Shown here: in pieces, positions 29,803 to 38,964 of the stretch
How positions within the stretch are numbered: the first letter of the stretch is position 1
How the letters are laid out: the number at the start of each line of letters is the position of its first letter
NCBI GenBank assembly: GCA_002773395.1
Contig: PFBI01000006.1
Span: 156,657-220,656, forward strand
DNA: 64,000 nt
From: Candidatus Kaiserbacteria bacterium CG10_big_fil_rev_8_21_14_0_10_47_16
GTDB lineage: Bacteria > Patescibacteriota > Minisyncoccia > Phycocordibacterales > UBA918
Direction of reading: 5' to 3'
Position numbers and translations under genes: made by a program
Notes under the pieces: model-generated
Told to the model about the DNA's origin: nothing
The model's input: only the letters and a program-made list of their open reading frames with translations
Database searches by the model: none

Positions 29803-30288
29803 ATGAAAAAGCCATCATTCCTCGAACGCCTCACCGGTTCAACGCACACAGATCCGTACGAAGACGAGGATTTTGATGCTGTCGAAACATTCGAGGATGA
29901 CGTAACAGAGGAAGGAGCCGCCCATAGTACGTGGCAAGAAGAATCAATTCCCCAGCCAGAGGGGGAACTCCCTATTGATATGTACCAGACTGGTGACGCG
30001 ATCATCATCCGTGCGCTCGTCGCCGGAGTAAACCCAAGCGATCTCGATATCGCTATCACACGAGATATGGTAACGCTTCGCGGCAGTCGTGAAGAGATTC
30101 AAGAAGCACCAGACGAAAACTATTTCCACCGTGAACTCTTCTGGGGATCATTCTCACGAACCATTCTCCTTCCCGACGAAGTGGTTATCGACGAAGCTGA
30201 AGCTCGCGAGAAACATGGACTCCTCGAAATCATCTTGCCGAAGGTTGATAAGGACAGAAGTACGAAACTCAAAGTAGCAGTGAAGTAG
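29803..30288 (+). CDS. Hsp20/alpha-crystallin small heat-shock protein
   Basis: ACD core ...IIIRALVAGVNPSDLDIAITRDMVTLRG...FSRTILLPDEV...GLLEIILPK. Confidence 0.8.
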   Translation: MKKPSFLERLTGSTHTDPYEDEDFDAVETFEDDVTEEGAAHSTWQEESIPQPEGELPIDMYQTGDAIIIRALVAGVNPSDLDIAITRDMVTLRGSREEIQEAPDENYFHRELFWGSFSRTILLPDEVVIDEAEAREKHGLLEIILPKVDKDRSTKLKVAVK

Positions 30289-30290
30289 AA

Positions 30291-30325
30291 CAAAGGCCTC
30301 CCTTCGGGAGGCCTTTGTTCTTATA
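30291..30325 (+). terminator. terminator after hsp20
   Basis: aacaaaggcctccc-ttcg-ggaggcctttgtt + T-run. Confidence 0.7.
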
Positions 30326-30390
30326 TAAAAAAATATCCCGCCGCAGCGCTGGTGCGCTGGGCGGGGAATTTTGGTGGGCGGTATATGATT

Positions 30391-30654
30391 TTATTCATTG
30401 CCGCTCACCCTGATGGGTATTTGCTGGGTGAACTTACTGTTCTTCTTCTCCAGCTTTTTGCAGATCTTCCTCTGGAGGAAGTCTCCAGGACGAGAGCAAA
30501 CTTCGCTCTTGACCTGATGTCCAAGTTTCGGTCGGTGTTCCGGCTGCATTGACCAACCGACAAAGACTGCTACGGCGACAAGGGCCATGGCGGTCATCAC
30601 CGCTTTGAGGTTACCAAAGCCCGCTTGTGTGTTCATTCTCCTTCCTTTCTTCAC
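30391..30654 (-). CDS. hypothetical small membrane protein
   Basis: 87 aa, one TM; followed by its own terminator hairpin at 30338-30366. Confidence 0.3.
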   Translation of the reverse strand: MKKGRRMNTQAGFGNLKAVMTAMALVAVAVFVGWSMQPEHRPKLGHQVKSEVCSRPGDFLQRKICKKLEKKNSKFTQQIPIRVSGNE

Positions 30655-30753
30655 GAATCGAAACCACCATGGTCCGATTTCCTATATACAGTGACATCTC
30701 AAGCCATTTGTGTCAATGGACCTTATTGGATCCAATTCGCCACCTCTCCTCCT

Positions 30754-30951
30754 TTAGGATTCAATGGGGGCCAGGACGTCGTACTGGCACCTAATATCCC
30801 CTTCTTCCGTCACACCTACCGCATGCCCTTTTATTCCTGCATGTACGCAGAAGTGGTCAAATTCGGAATACGGTGATCCTGTGAAGAACACCGCGTATAC
30901 CGTACCAGCAATAATGCTGAGCACCGCACCAATCAAAAGTTGCTTTCGCAT
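30754..30951 (-). CDS. hypothetical small secreted protein
   Basis: 65 aa with an N-terminal hydrophobic segment. Confidence 0.25.
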   Translation of the reverse strand: MRKQLLIGAVLSIIAGTVYAVFFTGSPYSEFDHFCVHAGIKGHAVGVTEEGDIRCQYDVLAPIES

Positions 30952-31022
30952 GGAATAATCTCCTTCTTTTCCAATGTTTTTATAGCATATTTGGATAGTT
31001 TGTCAATATACGGTGCTTGGGG

Positions 31023-31367
31023 CCGGGCTCGGTCACGAATCACTAAGTATATTTTTGCTACGCTAAAATATACTTAGTGTTCTCGACCCGTGAAAAGCAA
31101 TTCAATATTGCTTTTCACCACGCCTCCCTCGTCCACAGGACGCGGCGCTCCGGCTTTCGAGCCGAGGCTCGGCGTCTAACTCTAGTTCACTACGTTCACA
31201 AGAGTTACCTGCCCGAGCATTTGAATTCTTGCATTAGAAATAGCAAAAATATACAAATGCTTTTCGAGCCCGACCGTAGGACGCGCCTGCGTCCTACTCC
31301 CCAAGCACACATACACAAAAACCGCCCTGAGGCGGTTTTTGTGTATGTGTGCTTGGGGCCGGGCTCG
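31023..31367. repeat. ~307-bp insert next to tRNA-Phe, flanked by an exact 19-nt direct repeat of the tRNA 3' end (gtgcttggggccgggctcg at 31023-31041 and 31349-31367)
   Basis: The direct repeat is visible in the sequence. The interior is hairpin-dense and includes a 28-bp perfect palindrome at 31299-31358 that incorporates the tRNA acceptor end. Confidence 0.5.
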
Positions 31368-31422
31368 AACCGGCGACCCCTTCCTCTTCAGGGAAATGCT
31401 CTACCAACTGAGCTACCCAAGC
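31350..31422 (-). tRNA. tRNA-Phe (anticodon GAA)
   Basis: Reverse complement: GCTTGGG-TA-GCTC AGTTGGTA GAGC-A-TTTCC CTGAAGA GGAAG-GGGTC-GCCGG TTCGAGC CCGGC CCCAAGC A. Confidence 0.8.
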
Positions 31423-31496
31423 ATTTGGTTTCCGAACGCTGCTTGGGCAAGCTGTGCTTACCCAAGCAAGTGAGTACTAGAATACCAAAAAAAGTC

Positions 31497-31793
31497 TTAT
31501 TCTCCAACTTCCCCACCAAAGAACTCCTGAAAGGCTCTCACCCCAGGAATCTCGTTAAGACCAACCTGAAACGTATCATACGAAGACCCGAACGCGTTGA
31601 AGTATGGTTCCAACACATAGAAGTAGAGTGCGAACGGAAGTCCAATGAGCACAACGTACCACAGTACACGGAGAATACCGTTAAAGATACTCCAGTGGTA
31701 GAGACGCTTGAGTATCTTATTGTTGTCTTCAAGGACTCGGTTGTTTCGCTCAATGAGTTGACGTAGGAGTGTATGGTCATCTTGTTCTGACAT
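31497..31793 (-). CDS. hypothetical membrane protein
   Basis: 98 aa, two TM helices. Confidence 0.35.
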   Translation of the reverse strand: MSEQDDHTLLRQLIERNNRVLEDNNKILKRLYHWSIFNGILRVLWYVVLIGLPFALYFYVLEPYFNAFGSSYDTFQVGLNEIPGVRAFQEFFGGEVGE

Positions 31794-31831
31794 AGGAACA
31801 GTATATCAAAGGGTTTTAAAGAGATCTGGAG

Positions 31832-33661
31832 TTATCCTATCAGTTTCCCGAATGCAACAATGTCTTGTTCGAGTGACTCCAAACTTTCGAGGAATGTTTT
31901 TGTTTTTGTTGCGTCAATCCCAATAGACCCGAAAATATTCTCAACCGTGTCGCTCCCGCCAGCGCAGAGAAACGCATCAATGTTTGTAATGTATGAAGAA
32001 TCTGCCTTAAAACGCCGCGCCATGATACTACTCATGAGAATGCCGTACGCGTACGAGTACACGTAGAAACCATAACGGAAGTGTGGGATGTAGACGTACG
32101 ACGCTCCATCACGATACGTCACATCAACTGCGGGGCCGAGATACGCCTGCAGGTGCTTCTGCATCATCTTTTGCAATTCTTCTTTGGTAACTGCGCCGTG
32201 TTCACGAATCGTCCGATGTACATCGAGTTCATAATTGAAGAATGCAATCTGTCGTTGAATCGTTGCAATGTCCCGTCCGATGCGATCATGAAGAAACACA
32301 CGTGCATCTTCCGCAGTTGCTTGCGCAAGAATAGCGTCACCCACAAGCTGCTCGAAGAGTGTACTCGCTGTTTCTGCCGTCACCGTAGAGAAGTCTTGGT
32401 AAATGGTCGGTTGCCCCTTGCTTCGTTCTGCATGAATCGCATGTCCCATTTCATGAGCGAGCGTTTCAAGCGATTTAAAGTTATTGGTGTGATTGAGGAA
32501 CACAAATGTTGGCATGTTTACTGCTGCTGACATAAATGCCCCACCCCGCTTCCCAGATTTTGGATACACATCAATACTTCCGTCAGTGAGCATACGATCG
32601 AAGATTTCTCCGTACTCTTTCTTCAGTCCATAGAAGACATCCCGACAAATCTCTACCGCCTTCTCAAAGGGTATTGCGGGCGTTACACCGATACTGTCGT
32701 ACTTATTGATGTACGGGATCTTTGCTTTTTTGTGGTACTTCGCCTTGAGTTTGTAGAACTTCTTACTCAAATCAAAACCTTTTGTGCTGATTGCATTCAC
32801 CAGTGCCATCACTGACTTCTCGTTATTTTCATATCCTTCAATCGTTGCTGAATACGGTTCTTTGTATGCACGCAATTCATCAGACACTTTCTTGTGTGTC
32901 ACGATAGCGTTAAATTCGTTCTCTGCGACTTCTCCAATTTGTTCCATTTCATTCAGAATCAACTCCCAGAGTTTTTGCTTTTCTTCTGGAGCAACCATTT
33001 CAATTTCTTCCAACGCTTCAGGAATCGCAATAGTATTCTTCTTCCACACGATGGTGCGGTTACTCAAAATCTTTGATGTCCCTGACACCCACATACCATA
33101 GGACGTACTTGAACGAAGACTCATGATTCGTTCCTCTGCTTCTGTGAGCGTATGCTTCGCTTCAAGAAATACACGTGAGAGAAAGTATCGATATTTTGCA
33201 AGGGTTGGTTCAGCGAGGTATTTCTTCTGCAACGCTGTTGGGATCTTTCCAAGAACAAGCGTAAAGAAAATGATTTCATTTCCCACTTTCGTCAATCGGT
33301 CATCGAGGAGGTTACCCCGCTTTTCTGCGACATGATCTTTTGCATTAACCTCATGACGGAATGCAAAATAGCGACTCGCGCGCGCTGCCTCAGGCATTGC
33401 CGCAAGTGTTTCGTACTCTTTGAGTGCAGGAAGGAGCTTCTTCGCAGTACTGGTAAAATCCTTTCCTTTATACTTTTTTGCAAATGCGTGATACGTCTTC
33501 TCTGTCATCGCAACGTCTTTTTCAATCTTCGGATCCTTTTCAGAACGATAGTAGTGGTGTGCGAGATTCCACGATGTTTGCACTTTGCCGAGCGTTGGCA
33601 ACTTCTGTGTTGGTGTGTATGCAAATGTTTTCTTAGCTGTGCTGTGCTTCTTTTTGGACAT
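31832..33661 (-). CDS. pepF: oligoendopeptidase F (M3B family)
   Basis: 609 aa, zinc motif HEMGHAIH. Confidence 0.85.
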   Translation of the reverse strand: MSKKKHSTAKKTFAYTPTQKLPTLGKVQTSWNLAHHYYRSEKDPKIEKDVAMTEKTYHAFAKKYKGKDFTSTAKKLLPALKEYETLAAMPEAARASRYFAFRHEVNAKDHVAEKRGNLLDDRLTKVGNEIIFFTLVLGKIPTALQKKYLAEPTLAKYRYFLSRVFLEAKHTLTEAEERIMSLRSSTSYGMWVSGTSKILSNRTIVWKKNTIAIPEALEEIEMVAPEEKQKLWELILNEMEQIGEVAENEFNAIVTHKKVSDELRAYKEPYSATIEGYENNEKSVMALVNAISTKGFDLSKKFYKLKAKYHKKAKIPYINKYDSIGVTPAIPFEKAVEICRDVFYGLKKEYGEIFDRMLTDGSIDVYPKSGKRGGAFMSAAVNMPTFVFLNHTNNFKSLETLAHEMGHAIHAERSKGQPTIYQDFSTVTAETASTLFEQLVGDAILAQATAEDARVFLHDRIGRDIATIQRQIAFFNYELDVHRTIREHGAVTKEELQKMMQKHLQAYLGPAVDVTYRDGASYVYIPHFRYGFYVYSYAYGILMSSIMARRFKADSSYITNIDAFLCAGGSDTVENIFGSIGIDATKTKTFLESLESLEQDIVAFGKLIG

Positions 33662-34229
33662 AGGTTATAAATTTTTTATATTCGTCAAAGACGTGGTTAA
33701 ACTCGTGGATGATGTCATTTTGAAGGCGACGATTTAATACGTTGCTGATTTCCTGATACATACGCACACGATCTTCAAGAGAACCGCCAAACTCCTCCAT
33801 AAATCGTTCGTGCTCGGTGTAGTATTCCTCAATGATTGACCGCATGTTATGGATCTTATCCGCGGCAGACACAATAAGTGATCCTTCCGGTGCTTTATCA
33901 AGCAATTTTGCGTATTGTTCTTTGCGTTCCTTCCAATCTGCCACCACTGCTTCACTCCCATCCTGCTCAGAAACATGGAGTACATACTCCGTAACAGTGT
34001 TTCCAAAGTCTGCACGTAATTCTCTTTCCGTGTAGTCAGTATCCTCAAGTGTGTCGTGGAGGAGCGCGGCAATAATCACATCTTCTTCATTCGTATAATC
34101 CGACACAATGAGCATTACTGACACAAGGTGTGTAAGGTACGGGAACGGCACTTTTCCCTTCCGAACCTGCCCCTCATGGAGCACGGCAGCAGCTCTAATT
34201 GCCTGTTCTATACGGTAGGAATAAATCAT
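33633..34229 (-). CDS. HD-domain phosphohydrolase ((p)ppGpp-hydrolase-like, small alarmone hydrolase type)
   Basis: H...LHDTLEDT HD motif in the RelA/SpoT-like context. Confidence 0.6.
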   Translation of the reverse strand: MIYSYRIEQAIRAAAVLHEGQVRKGKVPFPYLTHLVSVMLIVSDYTNEEDVIIAALLHDTLEDTDYTERELRADFGNTVTEYVLHVSEQDGSEAVVADWKERKEQYAKLLDKAPEGSLIVSAADKIHNMRSIIEEYYTEHERFMEEFGGSLEDRVRMYQEISNVLNRRLQNDIIHEFNHVFDEYKKFITYVQKEAQHS

Positions 34230-34327
34230 GAAAAGTATGTAAATGGAGATCGTCGGTACTGTACTTGGTTATACCGTACATAGGCTATTTTACACGATTT
34301 TAGGGCTTTGGGGAGGCACTGGGAGCC

Positions 34328-34996
34328 CTATAGCCAGTCTATAGGGTCTTTCCCCTGTTTTATCAAATAGTCGTTGGTTTGACTGAAGTGTGTATTCCCA
34401 AAAAAGCCCCCATATGCAGAAAAGGGTGATGGGTGTGCCGATTCAAGAACAAGGTGCTTTTCGCGATCAATATGTGCTCCTTTTGCCTTTGCATAGTTCC
34501 CCCAGAGCAGAAAAACGAGATTCTCTCGTTTTTCTGAGAGCACCTTGACGACTGCGTCGGTAAATTGCTCCCACCCTTTTCCCTGATGTGATCCGGGAAG
34601 GTGTGCACGGACCGTGAGCGTAGCGTTTAGCAGAAGGACTCCCTGTTCTGCCCAGCGCGCCAAATCGCCGCTTCGGTTTGCAAGTGGCTTCCCAAAATCA
34701 CTTTCAATTTCTTTAAAAATATTTTTCAGCGACGGAGGAAGTTTCTGATCCTCACCGACCGCAAAACAGAGTCCGTTCGCCTGCCCTTCTCCATGATAGG
34801 GATCTTGTCCAAGAATGACCACCTTCACATTCTCAAACGGACACAGTTCAAACGCACGAAAGATATGTGCCGGCGCTGGATAGACAACTTCGTTCTGATA
34901 CGCCCCTTTTATAAAATCAGTAAGCTCCTTGAAATACGGCTTCTCAAATTCATCCGAAAGCTGCTCTTTCCACGATGGATGAATTTTTATATCCAT
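34328..34996 (-). CDS. ung: uracil-DNA glycosylase (family 1)
   Basis: VKVVILGQDPYHG, GVLLLN, HPSP motifs. Confidence 0.85.
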   Translation of the reverse strand: MDIKIHPSWKEQLSDEFEKPYFKELTDFIKGAYQNEVVYPAPAHIFRAFELCPFENVKVVILGQDPYHGEGQANGLCFAVGEDQKLPPSLKNIFKEIESDFGKPLANRSGDLARWAEQGVLLLNATLTVRAHLPGSHQGKGWEQFTDAVVKVLSEKRENLVFLLWGNYAKAKGAHIDREKHLVLESAHPSPFSAYGGFFGNTHFSQTNDYLIKQGKDPIDWL

Positions 34997-34998
34997 GG

Positions 34999-35298
34999 TT
35001 ACGCTGCCTTCTTATCATTCCAATGATCCTCTTTATGATCTTTTTTATCTCGCTCAATTCGTTCTTGAATTTGTCGCTGCATTCGCTCAAGAGCTGCCTT
35101 ATGTTCTCTGATTTGAGTTTCTAGGTCTTGTTCTTTGTCTGACATTTTTTCAGCTTCCTTTGCCGCATCCTCAAACTCTTTTTTTTCTTTCTCTTCCTTT
35201 CGTTGCGCTCGAGCGTCTTGACTCTTTGCTTCACGGAGCCTGTTCTCAAGATCATCAAGTTTCTTTTCAGCGGCTTTGAATTCTTGTTCTAAATCCAT
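34999..35298 (-). CDS. hypothetical coiled-coil protein (K/E-rich)
   Basis: 99 aa, heptad-like KEE repeats; 2-nt gap to ung. Confidence 0.4.
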   Translation of the reverse strand: MDLEQEFKAAEKKLDDLENRLREAKSQDARAQRKEEKEKKEFEDAAKEAEKMSDKEQDLETQIREHKAALERMQRQIQERIERDKKDHKEDHWNDKKAA

Positions 35299-35302
35299 AT
35301 AT

Positions 35303-35563
35303 TTATTTGCATATTACTCCTTCTGCTTCTAATATTTTACGCTTTTGGCTCACCCCTCCTCGGTTATATCCACCGAGAGAGCCATCACTCCTAATCACAC
35401 GGTGGCACGGGATTTCAGGATCATAATTTGCTGCCATAACCTTGGCAACAGCGCGTGCTGCCTGCGGGTTCCCTGCGGCTATTGCCACCTCCTTGTATGT
35501 ACGCACAGATCCTTTCGGGATCTCTCTCACGACTGCGCGTACCTTTTCTTGGAAATGACTCAT
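35303..35563 (-). CDS. MGMT-family DNA-binding domain protein (O6-alkylguanine alkyltransferase C-terminal domain only, Cys retained: PCHRV)
   Basis: 86 aa; HTH plus IPCHRVI active-site motif. Confidence 0.6.
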   Translation of the reverse strand: MSHFQEKVRAVVREIPKGSVRTYKEVAIAAGNPQAARAVAKVMAANYDPEIPCHRVIRSDGSLGGYNRGGVSQKRKILEAEGVICK

Positions 35564-35569
35564 ACGTAA

Positions 35570-36352
35570 TTATGATAGCTTTTTGTGTAACGCCTGCAAC
35601 TTCTTTCCAGACGCTTCACGGTACGGACAGTACTCGCACTTTTCACCTGATGGCGGAATGTGCTCCTTTTCGAGACATTCCTTGATATCCCCAAGGACCG
35701 GCTCAATCCAGTCAGCAGTTCCGACGCACGGTACGAGCGTTGTCTCAAAGATAAGTTTATTATCGAACGCATCCTCCTCACTTGAGGCATTTGCATACAC
35801 GAAGTACGCAGTATCGAGTACCGTAAATCCTTTCTGACGAAGGAGCCATTGGTACACACCAACCTGTCGCTTGTACTGATCCTCCCATGAAGAATCTGAA
35901 AGTGTTTCAATCGTCCCTATCTTTGATGTTGCCTTATAGTCAACAACGATGAGTTCATCGTTCGGTGTTATCCAAATGTCGTCTACTGCACCCGACACCA
36001 TAAGCCCTGTCGGTTCATGGAGAAACTGAACACCGTCAAAGTTATCACGCCAACGATCCATGTCTTTGTGTACAAACGGCACTGCATCGACGTGGTACTG
36101 CTCCATAATTGGGTGCTTCGTGCCAGCTTTGCGATGCACATCAAACTCTTTTTTGAAGAGTGCATCAACAGCGATATTGAGATTGAACGATGGCATTCCT
36201 GGACGCTTTGTGCCGAGTTTATTATCCAAATAAAAACAGCGTGGGCATTCAATGAAAAGATCTATCTTGGAACGAGATAATTTCCATTTTTCACCACCAT
36301 AATTCCATTCACTACTTCGGTTCGGGTTATATCTTTTCGTATACTCTGCCAT
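35570..36352 (-). CDS. PD-(D/E)XK nuclease superfamily protein, Cas4/RecB-like, with Cys ligands (CPRC...CEYC) as in Fe-S Cas4-type nucleases
   Basis: VVDYKATSK (D-x-K), N-terminal IECPRCFY and C-terminal CEYCPY. Confidence 0.55.
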   Translation of the reverse strand: MAEYTKRYNPNRSSEWNYGGEKWKLSRSKIDLFIECPRCFYLDNKLGTKRPGMPSFNLNIAVDALFKKEFDVHRKAGTKHPIMEQYHVDAVPFVHKDMDRWRDNFDGVQFLHEPTGLMVSGAVDDIWITPNDELIVVDYKATSKIGTIETLSDSSWEDQYKRQVGVYQWLLRQKGFTVLDTAYFVYANASSEEDAFDNKLIFETTLVPCVGTADWIEPVLGDIKECLEKEHIPPSGEKCEYCPYREASGKKLQALHKKLS

Positions 36353-36376
36353 ATAGAGACTAGTATATCATGCACA

Positions 36377-36410
36377 AAAAAGCCCCTCTGCGGGGCTTTT
36401 TTGTGCATGA
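36377..36410. terminator. terminator hairpin
   Basis: caaaaaagcccctc-tgc-ggggcttttttg. Confidence 0.65.
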
Positions 36411-36429
36411 GCATGCTCTCTTAACCGAC

Positions 36430-36972
36430 TTATTGTGCAACGAATGTTCCTGAAACACCCGCGACCTCGAGGTCAACTGATGTATCAAATACTTTATCGC
36501 CGTTATCAGTGAAGAATACAACATCATAACTTGTTCCTACTTCTGTTGAACGGAGAAGCTCAACAGATTGTGGGATAAGTCCGATTGTTGTATCAAAGCG
36601 TGCTGCACCGAGAATTGATCCTTCAGATTCTCGAACAACAACCCATCCACTTGAGATTGGGTAGGTTGCTCCATCAAGAACAACGACTTCCCCTGCAACT
36701 TGGTTACCAACCTGCAGTGAAGCATCCGCCGGCGCAGTGACGTCTGCCATAGCTGGCGCACTTGGCGCTGCTGGTGAATTTACGTCACTCTTTTTCGAAT
36801 CATCTTTTGAAACTGCCATTGCAGAATCATCTGATGATTCTTTCATTGCACTATCATCTGTATCTGTTGGGGATGAAAATACCCATACAAGGAGACCTCC
36901 GATAAGGAGACCGGCAACGAACGCAACTACGGTCTTCTGACTTTCTTGTTTTTCTGTCGTATTCATACGCAA
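36430..36972 (-). CDS. hypothetical membrane-anchored secreted protein
   Basis: 180 aa, N-terminal TM, acidic S/D-rich linker, about 90-aa C-terminal beta-rich domain. Confidence 0.4.
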   Translation of the reverse strand: MRMNTTEKQESQKTVVAFVAGLLIGGLLVWVFSSPTDTDDSAMKESSDDSAMAVSKDDSKKSDVNSPAAPSAPAMADVTAPADASLQVGNQVAGEVVVLDGATYPISSGWVVVRESEGSILGAARFDTTIGLIPQSVELLRSTEVGTSYDVVFFTDNGDKVFDTSVDLEVAGVSGTFVAQ

Positions 36973-37049
36973 CGAATATCTGAATTATTATGTAATATGC
37001 CTCCAGAGCAGATATAGTATCTGACCCTACTCTAGGCATTGTACCATCT

Positions 37050-37886
37050 TCATTTTTGAGCACAAAGTTTCCTCGCTTCTTCGAGTGCCTCACCCATTTT
37101 AGACGATGAAATCCCCTTTCCTTCAAGCATTTCTGGCCGCGCGACGATATCACGACACAGAATCACACCTGACGCAAGCAAACGTTCTTTCTGGCTACTT
37201 GAGAGGCTTGCAAGTACCGTAATCGGATACATGCCGGCTCGTTCGATGCGATTTTGTAGTGAGTTTCCTTTTGGCGCATTCCATCCAATAAGTTCGATGC
37301 CACTGCAGCGTGCGTAGTCGATTGCTGCTTTGGTGAATTTTGTATTCGTGACCACGTAGAGTGACACGACACCACATACATCATCCCGACACACTGCCGT
37401 TGATTTCAAATCGAGGTACCGTGCGTATGAGTACATTGCGACCTGTAGATCAGATTTAATACCAGGATGACCATGAAACTTTGCTTCCGCTACAAAGCTG
37501 TGATCTGCGCGATATCCTGCAACATCAATTTCATGTGTTGCGCACTTTCCTCGGAGTGTGAGGCGTGTTTTTGTTTTATATCCTTCTGCTTCAAAGAGAC
37601 GCGCAAGAAAGTCTTCAAAGGGAAACCCTGTCGGACCAAGTCCAAAGAGCGCACGGCGAAGCGAGTACTTTGCGGCAACCGGTCGCGTACTCTCACGAAG
37701 GAGCGCAAACGCAGCACGATAGATTTCGTCAGTCTTCATCCCTTCACTTAATGAAGCTTCTATCTGTCCTACAATACTTTCTACCTCCGCTTTCGCAGCT
37801 CCCGCGCGCCGGAGTGAGCGGCGTAATTTATTTGAATCAAACAGCTCTCTCGTCCCATCCGCTTTTGTAATAACTACGTTTTTCAT
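37050..37886 (-). CDS. ATP-cone domain fused to Mrr-like restriction-endonuclease-fold (PD-(D/E)XK) domain
   Basis: N-terminal VVITKADGTRELFDSNKLRRSLRRAGA (ATP-cone); ...FEDFLARLFEAEGY...HEIDVAGY...VAEAKF (Mrr_cat D...EAK). ATGA start/stop overlap with mnmA (37883-37886). Confidence 0.6.
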   Translation of the reverse strand: MKNVVITKADGTRELFDSNKLRRSLRRAGAAKAEVESIVGQIEASLSEGMKTDEIYRAAFALLRESTRPVAAKYSLRRALFGLGPTGFPFEDFLARLFEAEGYKTKTRLTLRGKCATHEIDVAGYRADHSFVAEAKFHGHPGIKSDLQVAMYSYARYLDLKSTAVCRDDVCGVVSLYVVTNTKFTKAAIDYARCSGIELIGWNAPKGNSLQNRIERAGMYPITVLASLSSSQKERLLASGVILCRDIVARPEMLEGKGISSSKMGEALEEARKLCAQK

Positions 37887-38935
37887 TCTGTAATGATACC
37901 TCCCCCGAGACACTCTGTGCCTACGTAGAGCACGCACGACTGTCCTGGCGACGGTGTTTCAATATCTACTAACACTTCTAGCGTACCATGGGACCCCTCA
38001 CCTGCCATAAAACGTACGGGGAATGGTGTTTGCCGATAACGTATCTGTGCCTCGTACGTTTCACCGATCGTGAGCGGGGTAAGAATATTCATATCAGTAA
38101 GTGAAAGCGTTTTGGTCTGTCCCCGCTGCGGCATATTTCCCACCGTGATCGTGTTCTTTTTCAAATCCTTTCCAATAACATAATGTGGCATCTCGTCTCT
38201 CCCTCTCACCGTCACCGTAAATCCATGTCGCTGTCCGAGCGTGTAATAGAGCGCGCCATCGTGTGTACCGATACATTCTCCGCTCTCATTTAACACATCT
38301 CCCGCTTCAGTGGTGATGTAATGTGAGAGAAAATCTTTCATATCTACCTGTCCAAGGAAACAAATTCCCTGACTGTCATGTTTTGTGGCAGTCGGCAGTC
38401 GCGCACGAAGCGCCTCATCTCGAATCACTGACTTTGGCGAGTCACCCACCGGAAACAGAATGTGATTAAGCTGGTCATTCGTGAGCGTCCACAGAAAATA
38501 ACTCTGATCTTTTTCAGAATCGTTTCCACGGAGGAGATGTCTCCCGTGCTCATCGGTACTATTCTGCGCGTAGTGACCCGTTGCAACAAAATTTGCACCC
38601 TCAGCTTTTGCAAAAGTGAGAAATGCACCAAACTTTACCTCTTTGTTACACATAACATCAGGATTCGGGGTTCTCCCCGCTTCATACTCAGCAATCATAT
38701 AGTCGGCAACTCCTTTCTTATACGCTTCTTCTGCATCAAATGTGAGGAATGGAATGCCAAGGTGTGCCGCAACGCGCATTGCATCGAGTCGTTCTGCTTC
38801 CCAATTACACGAAATGAAATCCGGCTGCCACGTTTTAATAAATACACCCACAACCTCGTGACCAGCATGAAGGAGTCGCAATGCTGCGACTGAAGAATCT
38901 ACTCCCCCTGAAAGGCCGACAAATACTTTCGCCAT
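37883..38935 (-). CDS. mnmA: tRNA 2-thiouridine(34) synthase
   Basis: PP-loop SGGVDSS and overall MnmA collinearity. Confidence 0.9.
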   Translation of the reverse strand: MAKVFVGLSGGVDSSVAALRLLHAGHEVVGVFIKTWQPDFISCNWEAERLDAMRVAAHLGIPFLTFDAEEAYKKGVADYMIAEYEAGRTPNPDVMCNKEVKFGAFLTFAKAEGANFVATGHYAQNSTDEHGRHLLRGNDSEKDQSYFLWTLTNDQLNHILFPVGDSPKSVIRDEALRARLPTATKHDSQGICFLGQVDMKDFLSHYITTEAGDVLNESGECIGTHDGALYYTLGQRHGFTVTVRGRDEMPHYVIGKDLKKNTITVGNMPQRGQTKTLSLTDMNILTPLTIGETYEAQIRYRQTPFPVRFMAGEGSHGTLEVLVDIETPSPGQSCVLYVGTECLGGGIITE

Positions 38936-38964
38936 ATGGTCAAGACCATACCACAGAGAAGTCG

